Assembly: GCA_031459385.1 (NCBI GenBank)
Contig: JAVKIP010000021.1
Coordinates: 1 to 48,169 of the forward strand
Length of the DNA stretch: 48,169 nucleotides
Direction: 5' to 3'
DNA from: Candidatus Fervidifonticultor secundus
GTDB lineage: Bacteria; Sysuimicrobiota; Sysuimicrobiia; Sysuimicrobiales; Humicultoraceae
Numbering within the stretch: position 1 is the stretch's first letter; the number at the start of each line of letters is the position of its first letter. The position numbers were made by a program, and so were the translations under genes. Under the pieces are notes generated by a model. It saw only the letters and a list, made by a program, of their open reading frames with translations. It did not search any database and was not told the DNA's origin. Shown in pieces: positions 9,696 to 23,980 of the stretch.

Positions 9696-11318
9696 GTGAT
9701 CGCCATCCTGCTCTGCGCAGACCTCGAGACCCCAGGCGCCGGGATCGACCTGGCCGCAGTGGCCACCTGGCTGGAAGGAACCATTCCGCAGGCCCGCGTG
9801 CAGGTCGTCCCCGACCTGTGTGGACACCCAGGACGCATCGCGCCCTCCCTGGCGCAGCGCGCGCCTGAACGCGTGGTGCTGGGCCTGTGCACGCGCCCAC
9901 GCGCTCGGGCTGACCTGCAGCGCGCGATGCGCCGGGCCGGTCTCGACCCCCTGCTGGTGGAGACCGTCGATCTCGGCGCATGTGCCGCCCGCGCGCACCC
10001 GCGGGCGCATGCCACGGCCAGAGCCAGAGCGCTGCTGGCCGGTGCTGCGGCCAGGGCCTGCACGGCGCAGCCCACCCGTCCCGAGCAGGCACGGCCCGTG
10101 GCCCGCGTGCCGCTCAGCCGACGCGCCCTGCTGCACCTGGCCTGGCTCGACTACGAGAGCGTGCCCGTGGTGGCTGCCGACCGGTGCCGGGCCGGACGCG
10201 GGTGCGCGCTGTGCGCCGATGCCTGTCCGCGCGCAGCCCTGCGGGTGGTCGACGGCACGGTAGAGCTTGACCGGCAGACCTGCACCGCGTGCGGACTTTG
10301 CGTGACGGCGTGCCCGTCGGGGGCCGTGGAACTGCCAGGGGCAATGCCCGCGCAGATCGAGGCCCAGCTGGCCGCGCTCCTGGAGGCTGCGGGGAGCGAG
10401 CTGGGCCCGCCGGTCATCGTCTTCACCTGCCGGCACAGCCCGGGCGATTTGGGGACGCGCCGGGGTGAGACGCACCCGCCGGGCTGGCTCCCGGTCGAGG
10501 TCCCGTGCGTCGCGATGGTGCCGCCCGCGTGGCTGCTGGGGACGCTGGCGCTGGGAGCCGCCGGGGTGGTCGTGCTGCCAGCCGCGGCCGGGTGCCCCGA
10601 CGGGACGGCTGCCCAGGTCGCCGCGCGGGTGGACTACTGCCGCGCGGTGTTGCGCCGGCTGGGGGAACCACCGGAACGGGTGACGGCACTGCCGGCCGGG
10701 AACCGGCCGGCGAGGCGCACAGGGGTCAGTGCAGCGCCCGGACTCGCGGCCGCCGCAGGGCCGCGACCGTCAGAAGGCTTCCTCGCGCCGGGCAGCTGGG
10801 CCCGCCTCTTCCTCCATCTGGCCAGCGTGAGTGACCCGACTGCGGCATGGCACATCGCGCATCCGCACTCGCCCTTCGGCGTCGTGGACGTGGGCCCAGG
10901 CTGCACGCTGTGCGGGAGCTGCGTCCGCGCCTGCCCCACCGACGCGCTCACGCTGGCGCACGACGCCGCAGGCGTGGCCGTGGTCTTTGCGCCCGCACTG
11001 TGCGTCGGATGTGGCCGGTGCGTGTCCGCCTGCCCGGAGGCCGGCATGCTGCGCCTCGAGCGCGTCACCGACCTGGCGCGGCTGCGAGCGGGCCCTGCGA
11101 CCCTCGCGCACAGCCCGCACCGGCGGTGCGCGCACTGCGGGGCCGCCTTCGCCGCCGAGGCGATGGTGGGCCGGATCGCCGCGCTGCTCGCCGACGTGGC
11201 CACCGCAGACGTCGTCACCCGCTACTGCCCGGACTGCCGGGCGGTCGCCGGAGGGCGGCTATCGGGCGGTGGCCCGGGGGTGCGCGGGGGTATTCCGCTC
11301 GCGGCGCTCGAAGGATAG
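9696..11318 (+). CDS. Polyferredoxin with HdrA-N-terminal-like and MvhD-like segments
   Basis: AILLC...DLC...VVLGLC...AGLDP...CAARAH..ATARARALL (HdrA N-terminus-like); CALCADAC, CTACGLCVTAC; IVFTC...VPCVAMV (MvhD-like); CTLCGSCVRAC, CVGCGRCVSAC; CAHC...CPDC. GTG start inferred. Confidence 0.75.
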   Translation: MIAILLCADLETPGAGIDLAAVATWLEGTIPQARVQVVPDLCGHPGRIAPSLAQRAPERVVLGLCTRPRARADLQRAMRRAGLDPLLVETVDLGACAARAHPRAHATARARALLAGAAARACTAQPTRPEQARPVARVPLSRRALLHLAWLDYESVPVVAADRCRAGRGCALCADACPRAALRVVDGTVELDRQTCTACGLCVTACPSGAVELPGAMPAQIEAQLAALLEAAGSELGPPVIVFTCRHSPGDLGTRRGETHPPGWLPVEVPCVAMVPPAWLLGTLALGAAGVVVLPAAAGCPDGTAAQVAARVDYCRAVLRRLGEPPERVTALPAGNRPARRTGVSAAPGLAAAAGPRPSEGFLAPGSWARLFLHLASVSDPTAAWHIAHPHSPFGVVDVGPGCTLCGSCVRACPTDALTLAHDAAGVAVVFAPALCVGCGRCVSACPEAGMLRLERVTDLARLRAGPATLAHSPHRRCAHCGAAFAAEAMVGRIAALLADVATADVVTRYCPDCRAVAGGRLSGGGPGVRGGIPLAALEG

Positions 11319-11360
11319 GGCCTGCACCCGATTGGCAGCTCCTCGCCCCATCCCTAGTCT
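11315..11360 (+). promoter_or_regulatory. Palindromic box plus -10-like hexamer (promoter of the ttr-like operon)
   Basis: ATAGGG-CCTGCA-CCCGAT (11315-11332), 22 nt, TAGTCT (11355-11360). Confidence 0.7.
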
Positions 11361-11390
11361 CGAAACGAGAACCGCCCTGGGAGGAGGCCG

Positions 11391-12356
11391 ATGGTGCCTG
11401 CGCGGCAACGCTCCGCTTCACTGCACCTCGACCCAGCTGTCGAGCCCACTACCAAGCCCGTCGTATCGGACAGACCCGACGCGGCCTCGCGCCGCGGCTT
11501 CCTGAGAACGCTCGGCGCCAGCGCCGCGACCCTGATGGCGCTGGACATCCTGGAAAGCCTCGTCGCCCCGCCGGCGGCTGACGCGGCGACCGCAGCCCCC
11601 GCGCCGGCCCCGACGAAGGCCCCACCGCCGCCGGCCGGCGCTGCCGACCCGGTGCCGCCCGACGTCCTGGTCCGCATGCGGGCCGACCTCGAGCGCGCCC
11701 TGGCCAAGCCCGCCACCCAGCGGCAGTGGGTAATGGTCATCGACCTGCGCAAGTGCGTGGGGTGCAGCGCGTGCACCATCGCCTGCGTCGCCGAGAACAA
11801 GCTGCCGCCGGGCGTGGTCTACCGGCCGGTCGTAGAGGAGGAGCTCGGCACCTACCCGAACGTCACGCGCCGGTTCCTCCCACGGCCCTGCATGCAGTGC
11901 GACAACCCCCCGTGCGTGCCGGTCTGCCCGGTGAGCGCGACCTACAAGCGCCCCGACGGCATCGTCGCCATCGACTACGACGCGTGCATCGGGTGCCGGT
12001 ACTGCATCGTGGCCTGCCCCTACAACGCCAGGGTGTTCGACACCGGCGAACACTACACCGACGGGACCCCGGAACTGAACCTCGTCGAGCGCCTGCCGGC
12101 GTTCGAGTACGGCCAGCGGCGCACCCGCGAGCGCGACGCCTCCCCGGTGGGCAACGCCCGCAAGTGCCACTTCTGCACCCACCGGCTGGAGGCCGGGCTG
12201 CTGCCGGCGTGCGTGACGACCTGCATCGGCCGCGCTACCTTCTTTGGCGACGCCAGCGACCCCGACAGCCTGGTCAGCGAGCTGATCGCCAGGCCCAACG
12301 TCATGCGCCTGAAAGAAGATCTGGGGACGCGGCCGCGCGTCTACTACCTGCTGTGA
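11391..12356 (+). CDS. Tat-signal 4Fe-4S subunit, TtrB/SrdB-like
   Basis: [47 protein letters not shown]...CVTTC. RBS GGAGGAGG. Confidence 0.9.
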   Translation: MVPARQRSASLHLDPAVEPTTKPVVSDRPDAASRRGFLRTLGASAATLMALDILESLVAPPAADAATAAPAPAPTKAPPPPAGAADPVPPDVLVRMRADLERALAKPATQRQWVMVIDLRKCVGCSACTIACVAENKLPPGVVYRPVVEEELGTYPNVTRRFLPRPCMQCDNPPCVPVCPVSATYKRPDGIVAIDYDACIGCRYCIVACPYNARVFDTGEHYTDGTPELNLVERLPAFEYGQRRTRERDASPVGNARKCHFCTHRLEAGLLPACVTTCIGRATFFGDASDPDSLVSELIARPNVMRLKEDLGTRPRVYYLL

Positions 12357-12366
12357 GGAGGAGACC

Positions 12367-13592
12367 ATGAAGCGCCTGCTCTACGCAGTGTGGATCGCGG
12401 CCTTCGTCCTGGGCCTGTGGGGCGTGTGGGAACGCCTCACCCTCGGGCATCGCCTGACCGGGTACGGGTCCTACATCGTCTGGGGACTGTGGGTGTCGGC
12501 CTACATCTACCTGGTCGGCCTCTCGGCCGGCGCGTTCCTGCTGTCGTCGCTCATCTACGTCTTCGGGGTCCAGCGCCTGGAGCGGATCGGCAAGCTCGCC
12601 CTGTTCACGGCCATCGTCACGCTGCTGGTGGCGCTGCTGTCCATCTGGTTCGACCTGGGCCACATGAGCCGGTTCTACGAGGTCTACACCCGTCCCAACT
12701 TCCGGTCGATGATGGCCTGGATGATCTGGCTCTACTCGGGCTACTTCGTGCTGCTGCTGGCCGAGGGGTACCTGGTCTTCCGTCCTGACCTGGTGCGGTG
12801 GAGTCAGGACGCCACGCGGTCCCCGTTGCAGCGGACCGTGGCCCGCTGGTTCACCCTGGGCCGCACCGCGCTGGACGAGGCCACGCTGGCGGCCGAGCGG
12901 CGCTGGGTGCAGGTGCTGGGTACCATCGGCGTGCCGCTGGCCATCGCCTTCCACGGCGGCGTCGGCGCCCTCTTCGCCACCGTCAGCGCCAAGCTCTACT
13001 GGCACCAGTCGCTGGTGCCCATCCTGTTCCTGACCGGCGCGCTGGTCTCCGGCGGAGGCCTGCTAACCGCCCTGGTGGCGTTCGCGTGGCGCCAGCGCGA
13101 CGGAGAATATCGCAACCTCGTAGCCCTGCTCGGCCGGCTGCTGCTGGTCCTGGTCCTGGTGGACGTCCTGCTGGAGTGGGCCGAGTTCTCAATCCCGCTG
13201 TGGTACGGCACCAGCCCCGAAGGGCAGCTGCTGCGTCAGGTGCTGTTCGGCCCGTACTGGTGGGTCTTCTGGCTGGTGCACGTGCTGCTGGGAGTGGTCA
13301 TCCCGGTCGTGCTGCTGGGCGCGCGGGGCCGGCAGCCTGCGGCCGTGGGGACGGCCGGACTGCTGGTCGCCGCCACGTTCATGAGCGTCCGCCTCAACGT
13401 CGTCATCCCCGCGCAGATCGAGCCGGCCCTGCGCGGCCTGGAACGAGCGTTCGTCAGTCCGCGCCTGGTGTTCCAGTACGCCCCCACCGGGCACGAGTGG
13501 CTGGTGGCGCTCTTCGTGTTGACGGTGGGTGCCGGGCTCTTCTGGGTCGGTGCCAGGTTCCTGCCCCTGCTCGAGGCGAAGGAGGTCGCGCG

Positions 13593-13596
<4 letters not shown>
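12367..13596 (+). CDS. NrfD-family membrane subunit, TtrC/SrdC-like
   Basis: [53 protein letters not shown]. Confidence 0.9.
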
Positions 13597-16840
<3,244 letters not shown>

Positions 16841-16844
<4 letters not shown>

Positions 16845-17428
16845 GCAGCCTGCGCGGGCGCGGTGCCGCGGGAGGCCGCCGTCCGGGCGAGCAGCGTCGT
16901 CGCGCCCCGGACCGGCGCCGGAGGCTGCGCCAGGGGGCATGGCTGCTGGGCGGAGCGGCGCTCGCTGCGGCGGCCGTGGCGCTGGTGATGCTCTCCGCGC
17001 GGCCGCCGGCTAGCCAGGAGTCCCAGCCGGTCGCCCTGCCATCAGGCAGCGCGGCAGGGGCATCGCTCGAACTGGTCCTCTACCAGCCGCCCACCTGAGC
17101 GTGCTGCACCAGGTACGCCGAGTACCTGGCGGCGTCGGGGTTCCCGGCGCGGGTCATCAAGACCGACGATCTGGCAGACATCAAGCGCCGCCATCGTGTC
17201 CCCCACGACCTGGCGAGCTGTCACACCGCGGTGGCCGGCGGCTACTTCATCGAGGGCCACGTGCCCGTCGCGGCCATCGCACGGCTGCTGCGCGACCGGC
17301 CGGCGGTGGCGGGCATTGCGCTGCCCGGCATGCCGCCTGGTTCGCCGGGTATGGGCGGCGTCCAGACCGGACCGCTGGTGGTCTACGCGGCATCCGACAG
17401 CGGGATCAGCGAGTTCGTGCGCTTCTAG
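16841..17428 (+). CDS. CopG/DUF411-family metal-binding protein with in-frame TGA, a candidate selenoprotein (195 aa)
   Basis: Reading through TGA 17096-17098 gives [17 protein letters not shown]...[19 protein letters not shown]...[14 protein letters not shown], which matches the DUF411 pattern (PxCGCC, SCHT, EGHVP, GMPxGSPGM). Hydrophobic N-terminal anchor. GTG overlaps the TtrA-like stop. Confidence 0.85.
17101..17135 (+). promoter_or_regulatory. Putative bacterial SECIS element
   Basis: Perfect 8-bp stem CCAGGTAC/GTACCTGG (17109-17116/17122-17129) with loop GCCGA; 18 nt separate the TGA from the loop. Lower stem GTGCTG/CGGCGT pairs with G-U. Confidence 0.75.
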
Positions 17429-17563
17429 CGAATCGACGGGAGCCTGCGGTTCTGCGGCAGTGTGATCCTGCGCCCGCTCTCGACGAACACCTCGTCAGAA
17501 GGTCTCCGGCCGTCGGCGTCGGATTCATGCATGAACGCCGTGCTGCCAGGAGGTGCAGAGCCC

Positions 17564-17881
17564 ATGGCTGTGTACCTGCCCGAAGTGTACACGCGGTTCC
17601 GGCAACTCCATCCCGACGTGGCTGCGGCGCTGGATCGGCTGGGAGCGGCTACGGAAGCCGCGGGGCCGCTTGACGCCCGGACACAGCGCCTGGTGAAGCT
17701 GGGTATCGCCATCGGCAGCCTGGCGGAGGGCGCCGTCAGGTCCAACGCGCGCAGGGCCCTGGAGGCGGGCGTCACGCCGGAGGAGATCCGGCACGTGGCG
17801 CTGCTCGCCATCACGACCCGCGGGTTTCCGGCCGCCGTCGCCGGCCTCGGCTGGATCGAGGAGGTACTGGCGGCAGGGTGA
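17564..17881 (+). CDS. Carboxymuconolactone decarboxylase/AhpD-like family protein
   Basis: GPLDARTQRLVKLGIAIG...AVRSNARRALEAGVTPEEIRH...TTRGFP. RBS AGGAGG. Confidence 0.85.
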   Translation: MAVYLPEVYTRFRQLHPDVAAALDRLGAATEAAGPLDARTQRLVKLGIAIGSLAEGAVRSNARRALEAGVTPEEIRHVALLAITTRGFPAAVAGLGWIEEVLAAG

Positions 17882-17906
17882 GGCGCGCCGGGGCCGATGA
17901 GACCCC

Positions 17907-18680
17907 GTGGGCGTGTCGGTCCGCCTCCCGTCTCCGCTCGTCCCTGTAACGGTGCTGGACCGGGTGAACCGGTTCGCGGTGCACGCACGGGCCGGCCGCC
18001 GACGCCTGGTGCTGCACCTCCCCAACCCGGGCCGCATGGCCGAGTTGCTCGTGCGAGGAGCGCACGGGCTGGCCGCGCTCACCCCGTCGCGCTCCCGCCG
18101 GACCGCCGGCACGTTGCTCGTGGTCCGTCATCGGGGCCGGTGGGTGGGTATGGACGCCCGCCTGCCTAACCGCCTCTTCGAGGAAGCGCTCCGGACGGGT
18201 GCGCTGGCGCCCTTTCGCGGCTACCGGCGCTGGCGGCGGGAGGCGCCGCTTGGCGGTTCCCGGATCGACTTCGTCCTGGAGGGCCCCAGCGGCCGCTGCC
18301 TTGTCGAAACCAAATCGTGCAACCGGGTGGACGGCGGCGTCGCCCTCTTCCCCGACGCGCCCACCACCCGGGGCGCCGCGCACCTGCGCCTGCTGGCCCG
18401 GGCCGCGCGCGCAGGCCGGCGGGCCGCGGTGGTCTGGTTCATCCAGCGCGACGACGCGCGGATCCTGCGGCCCTTCGCCGAACTGGACCCGCAGTTCGCC
18501 CGGGCTGCGCGGCAGGCCAAGCGGCGCGGGGTCGAGTTCTATGCCTACACGTGCCGGGTGACCCCCTGGGCGATCACGGTGGACCGGGCTATCCGGGTCG
18601 CCGTGTGTGAGGCACGTTTCCAAAAATCGGCTCGTCGCCCGATTGCGCAGGCCCCTGGAGGCGCCTACAAAGAGACGTAA
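17907..18680 (+). CDS. sfsA: DNA/RNA nuclease SfsA
   Basis: RVNRF, HLPNPGRMAEL, SRIDF, LVETKSC, FPDAPTTRGAAHL, DPQFA. Confidence 0.92.
   Translation: MGVSVRLPSPLVPVTVLDRVNRFAVHARAGRRRLVLHLPNPGRMAELLVRGAHGLAALTPSRSRRTAGTLLVVRHRGRWVGMDARLPNRLFEEALRTGALAPFRGYRRWRREAPLGGSRIDFVLEGPSGRCLVETKSCNRVDGGVALFPDAPTTRGAAHLRLLARAARAGRRAAVVWFIQRDDARILRPFAELDPQFARAARQAKRRGVEFYAYTCRVTPWAITVDRAIRVAVCEARFQKSARRPIAQAPGGAYKET
18626..18671 (+). promoter_or_regulatory. Palindromic box plus -10-like hexamer (promoter of the nxr-like operon, inside the sfsA 3' end)
   Basis: ATCGGC-TCGTCG-CCCGAT (18626-18643), 22 nt, TACAAA (18666-18671). Confidence 0.65.
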
Positions 18681-18687
18681 CAGCATT

Positions 18688-18716
18688 CGTCAAAATAGCC
18701 GGATTTCTCCGATTCG
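18688..18716 (+). promoter_or_regulatory. Putative repressor (Rrf2?) operator, copy 1
   Basis: CGTCAAA-N6-GGATTTCTCCGATTCG; the last 16 nt are identical to 29303-29318. Confidence 0.55.
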
Positions 18717-18789
18717 CGGCGCCCACGTCGCAGAACCCCGGCCCCCGTGGGAGGCTCGCCCCGGGAGGCTCGCCAGGGAGGCGGCCACG

Positions 18790-21700
18790 ATGGAGGCAGA
18801 CGACGCGCGCGCCAGGCCGGTGCCGCCCGATCCCGACGCCACCGCCCCGGGGCCGTCTGGCCTGCGGCGCCGCCAGTTCCTCCAGCGCACCAGCGAACTC
18901 GCCAGCGGCGCGCTGCTGGCCCAGGCCCTGCCGCTGCAGCTGCTCCAGACGCTGTCCACCGTGCCGAATCCCTTGGAAGCCTACCCCGACCGGGGCTGGG
19001 AGCGTGTCTACCGCGACCAGTACCGCTACGATCACAGCTTCACGTTCGTCTGCTCGCCGAACGACACCCACCACTGCCGGCTGCGGGCGTTCGTGCGCAA
19101 CGGCGTCATCGTCCGCATCGAGCAGAACTACGACGTCGACCGCTACCGCGACCTCTACGGGAACCGCGCCACCCCCGCGTGGAACCCCCGGGGGTGCCTG
19201 AAGGGCTACACGTTCCACCGGCGCGTCTACGGGCCCTACCGCCTCAAGTACCCCATGGTCCGGCGGGGCTGGAAGCAGTGGGCCGACGACGGCTACCCCG
19301 AGCTGACCAACGAGCGACGCCGGCAGTACCGGTTCGACAGCCGGGGGCAGGACACGTTCGTCCGGGTCTCGTGGGACGAGGCGTACGCGTACATCGCCTC
19401 GGCCTTCATCGCCATCGCCCGCCGGTACAGCGGCGAAGACGGCGCCCGGCGCCTGCTGGCCCAGGGCTACCCGCCCGAGATGGTGGAGGCGATGCACGGC
19501 GCCGGCGTGCGCACCTTCAAGTTCCGCGGCGGGATGGGCCTGCTGGGCGTCATCGGCAAGTACGGCCTGTGGCGGGCGGCCAACATGATGGCCCTGCTGG
19601 ACGCCCACGTGCGCGGGGTGGGGCCCGACGAGGCGTTGGGCGCCCGCAAGTGGAGCAACTACACCTGGCACGGCGACCAGGCGCCGGGCATGCCCTTCGT
19701 CCACGGCCTGCAGACCTCCGACGTGGACTTCAACGAGCTGCGCTGGGCCCGCCTGCACATCCAGGTCGGGAAGAACCTCGTCGAGAACAAGATGCCCGAG
19801 AGCCATTTCTTCATCGAGCTGATGGAGCGGGGCGCGAAGATCGTCGTCATCACCCCCGAGTACAGTCCCCCCGCCACCAAGGCCGACTACTGGATGCCCA
19901 TCCGCCCCCAGACCGACGCGGCGCTTTTTCTGGGCATCACCCGGCTGATGATGGAGCGCGGCTGGTACGACGAGACGTTCGTGCGCCAGTTCACCGACTT
20001 TCCGCTGGTCATCCGGACCGACACGCTGCAACGGCTGCGCGCCCACGAGGTCTTCCCCGACTACCGGCCGGGCCTCGGGCCCGATGGCCCCAGCTTCGCG
20101 CGGCAGAACCTCAAGCCCGACCAGTACGCGAAGCTGGGCGACTTCGTGGTCTTCGACAAGAGCACCGGGCGCCTGCGGGCGCTGACCCGCGACGACGTGG
20201 GGCAGCGCATGGCCGCCAGGGGCATCACGCCTGCCCTGGTCTGGCGCGGGAAGGTGCGCCTGACAGACGGGCGCGAGGTCGAGTGCCTGACGCTGTGGGA
20301 AGCCTACCGCGACCACCTGCGCGACTACGACCTGGACACGGTGGCGGAGATCACGCAGGTGCCCAGGCGCATGATCCAGCGCCTGGCCCGCGACATCGCC
20401 ACCATCAAGCCCGTGGCCATCCACATCGGCGAGGGGATCAACCACTGGTTCCACGCCACGTTGGCCAACCGTGCGTTCTACCTGCCGCTGATGCTGACCG
20501 GGAACATCGGGAAGCCTGGCGCGGGCTGCCACACCTGGGCCGGGAACTACAAGGCGGGCATCTTCCAGGGCTCGCCGTGGACCGGCCCGGGCATCACGGG
20601 GTGGCTGTTCGAGGACCCCTTCCACCCGACGCTGGACCCCAGCGCCCACGGGAAGACGGTGAAGGTCCGCAAGTACCTCAAGGATGAAGAACCGGCCTAC
20701 TGGAACCACGGCGACGTTCCCCTGATCGTCACGACGCCCAAGGCCGGCCGCAAGGTCTTCACCGGCCAGACGCACATGCCGACGCCCACGAAGGTGATCT
20801 GGTACAACAACGTCAACCTCATCAACAACGCCAAGTGGGCCTACGGGGTCATCAAGAACGTCAACCCCAACGTCGAGCTGATCATCAACCAGGACGTGGA
20901 GATGACCGCTTCGGCGGAGTACGCCGACGTCATCCTGCCGGCCACTACCTGGGTGGAGTTCCGATCGTGGGAGCTGACGGCCTCGTGCAGCAACCCCTTC
21001 CTGCAGATCTGGAAGGGCGGGATCCGGCCGCTGTTCGACACCAAAGACGACGCGCTGATCATCGCCGAGGTGGCGGCCAAGCTGTCGGTGAAGACGGGGG
21101 ATCCGCGCTTTCGCGACTACTTCCGCTTCATCCTGGAGGGTCGCCCGGAAGTCTACATCCAGCGTATCCTGGACAGCAGTACCTCCACCGCCGGCTACCG
21201 GTTCGAGGACATCGTGGCGGGGAAGTACGGCGAGCCTGGCGCAGCCCTCATGCTCTTCCGCACCTATCCCCGGGTACCGTTCTACGAACAGGTGCACGAC
21301 AGCGAGCCGTTCTACACCGACACCGGCCGGCTCAACGCCTACTGCGACATCCCCGAGGCCATCGAGTACGGTGAGAACTTCATCGTGCACCGCGAGGGCC
21401 CGGAGGCCACCCCCTACCTGCCCAACGTCATCGTCTCCAGCAACCCGCTGGTCCGGCCCGAGGACTACGGCATCCCCCTCGATGCCCTGCACTGGGACCA
21501 GCGTACCGTGCGCAACGTCAAGCTGCCGTGGGCGCGGGTCAAGCAGACCCAGAACCCGCTGCGGGCGCGCGGCTACCGGTTCTACTGCCTGACCCCGAAG
21601 ACCCGGCACCGCGTCCACTCGTCGTGGAGCAGCACCGACTGGAACCTGATCTGGGACTCCAACTTCGGCGACCCCTACCGGCTGGACCGGCGCACGCCCG

Positions 21701-22302
21701 GGGTGGGCGAGCACCAGCTCCACATGCACCCGCAGGCGGCGCGTGATCTGGGCATCAACGACGGCGACTACGTCTACGTCGATGCCTTCGCCGGCGACCG
21801 CCCGTATCTCGGGTGGAAGCCTGACGACCCCTTCTACCGGGTGGCGCGGTGCATGGTGCGGGTGAAGTACAACCCCGCCTACCCCTACGATGTGGTGATG
21901 ATGAAGCACGCGCCCTTCATCGCCACCGAGAAGTCGGTGAAGGCCCACGAAAGCCGGCGCGACGGCCTGGCGCAGTCGGCCGACACGGGCTATCAGGCCA
22001 ACTTCCGGTATGGCAGCCAGCAGTCGGTGACCCGCAACTGGCACATGCCCATGCACCAGACCGACTCGCTGTTCCACAAGTCGAAGGGCGCTGTGGCGTT
22101 CCTCTTCGGCGGCGAGGCCGACAACCACGCCGTCAACACCGTGCCCAAAGAAACCCTGGTGAAGATCACCAAGGCCGAAGACGGAGGCCTGGGCGGTCGA
22201 GGCGTCTGGGAGCCCGCCCGCACGGGCCATACCCCTGGCCGGGAGCGGCCGTTCATGCGACGCTACCTGGCTGGCGGGCTGGTCAGGATCACGAAGGCGT
22301 GA
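18790..22302 (+). CDS. nxrA: Periplasmic-type nitrite oxidoreductase/nitrate reductase alpha subunit (Nitrospira/anammox NxrA-like), 1170 aa
   Basis: Tat RRRQFLQ; WERVYRDQY; FS0 C-x3-D-x3-C-x39-C (CSPNDTHHC...RGCLKG); RGGMGLLG; NYTWHGDQ (Asp Mo ligand); GEGINHWFH; QANFRYGSQQS; NTVPKET. Confidence 0.9.
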   Translation: MEADDARARPVPPDPDATAPGPSGLRRRQFLQRTSELASGALLAQALPLQLLQTLSTVPNPLEAYPDRGWERVYRDQYRYDHSFTFVCSPNDTHHCRLRAFVRNGVIVRIEQNYDVDRYRDLYGNRATPAWNPRGCLKGYTFHRRVYGPYRLKYPMVRRGWKQWADDGYPELTNERRRQYRFDSRGQDTFVRVSWDEAYAYIASAFIAIARRYSGEDGARRLLAQGYPPEMVEAMHGAGVRTFKFRGGMGLLGVIGKYGLWRAANMMALLDAHVRGVGPDEALGARKWSNYTWHGDQAPGMPFVHGLQTSDVDFNELRWARLHIQVGKNLVENKMPESHFFIELMERGAKIVVITPEYSPPATKADYWMPIRPQTDAALFLGITRLMMERGWYDETFVRQFTDFPLVIRTDTLQRLRAHEVFPDYRPGLGPDGPSFARQNLKPDQYAKLGDFVVFDKSTGRLRALTRDDVGQRMAARGITPALVWRGKVRLTDGREVECLTLWEAYRDHLRDYDLDTVAEITQVPRRMIQRLARDIATIKPVAIHIGEGINHWFHATLANRAFYLPLMLTGNIGKPGAGCHTWAGNYKAGIFQGSPWTGPGITGWLFEDPFHPTLDPSAHGKTVKVRKYLKDEEPAYWNHGDVPLIVTTPKAGRKVFTGQTHMPTPTKVIWYNNVNLINNAKWAYGVIKNVNPNVELIINQDVEMTASAEYADVILPATTWVEFRSWELTASCSNPFLQIWKGGIRPLFDTKDDALIIAEVAAKLSVKTGDPRFRDYFRFILEGRPEVYIQRILDSSTSTAGYRFEDIVAGKYGEPGAALMLFRTYPRVPFYEQVHDSEPFYTDTGRLNAYCDIPEAIEYGENFIVHREGPEATPYLPNVIVSSNPLVRPEDYGIPLDALHWDQRTVRNVKLPWARVKQTQNPLRARGYRFYCLTPKTRHRVHSSWSSTDWNLIWDSNFGDPYRLDRRTPGVGEHQLHMHPQAARDLGINDGDYVYVDAFAGDRPYLGWKPDDPFYRVARCMVRVKYNPAYPYDVVMMKHAPFIATEKSVKAHESRRDGLAQSADTGYQANFRYGSQQSVTRNWHMPMHQTDSLFHKSKGAVAFLFGGEADNHAVNTVPKETLVKITKAEDGGLGGRGVWEPARTGHTPGRERPFMRRYLAGGLVRITKA

Positions 22303-22322
22303 CGGCGCAGGGAGGCGCGGCC

Positions 22323-22595
22323 ATGGCCCCCAAGCCCTTCGAGCCCGACGATCCCCTGGCGCTGGTCGGCGTCGCCGTGGACGCAAAGACCGGCGCGGTG
22401 GACGAGATGGCCCGGTGCCTGGTGGAGGAGTACGTGCGCGACGGGTGGGACGCGGACCGGTTACTGGCCCTCTTCCGCAACCCCTTCTACCGGGCGCTCC
22501 ACGCGATCTATCGCGAGCGCGGCGAGGAGGCGGTGCGGGCGCTCATCGCTGAGGTCACCGGCACCTGGGGGGTATGGAGGACCACAGGGACCTGA
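22323..22595 (+). CDS. Small hypothetical protein (90 aa) within the nxr-like operon
   Basis: RBS GGGAGG; EPDDPLALVGV...MARCLVEEY..GWD...LFRNPFY. Confidence 0.75.
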   Translation: MAPKPFEPDDPLALVGVAVDAKTGAVDEMARCLVEEYVRDGWDADRLLALFRNPFYRALHAIYRERGEEAVRALIAEVTGTWGVWRTTGT

Positions 22596-22659
22596 GCACG
22601 TGCAGCCGATCGCGGTGACCATGACGGGCACGCGCAGCCGATCGCGGTGCTCATGACGG
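22596..22659. repeat. 32-bp tandem direct repeat (2 copies, 29/32 identical)
   Basis: GCACGTGCAGCCGATCGCGGTGACCATGACGG followed by GCACGCGCAGCCGATCGCGGTGCTCATGACGG. Confidence 0.85.
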
Positions 22660-22722
22660 TGAACCGGCGCACGACCCCTGCGGGGCGGGCACGGGGCCCC
22701 CGGCCGAACGGAGGCGTGCAGG

Positions 22723-23976
<1,254 letters not shown>

Positions 23977-23980
23977 GGCC

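Noticed and set aside
9676..9699. Short coupled ORF MTSARPR* as a Sec read-through or frameshifted start
   Set aside because: Read-through gives no meaningful protein, and an in-frame GTG at 9696 explains the downstream gene. A 1-nt error cannot be excluded.
17524..17535. Palindrome TTCATGCATGAA upstream of the CMD gene
   Set aside because: A single short occurrence with no supporting copy or cognate regulator nearby.
18749..18774. Direct repeat GGGAGGCTCGCC x2 before nxrA
   Set aside because: Short and GC-rich; probably a local duplication around the RBS with no supportable function.
22596..22659. CRISPR array
   Set aside because: Only two directly adjacent copies, with no spacers and no cas genes.
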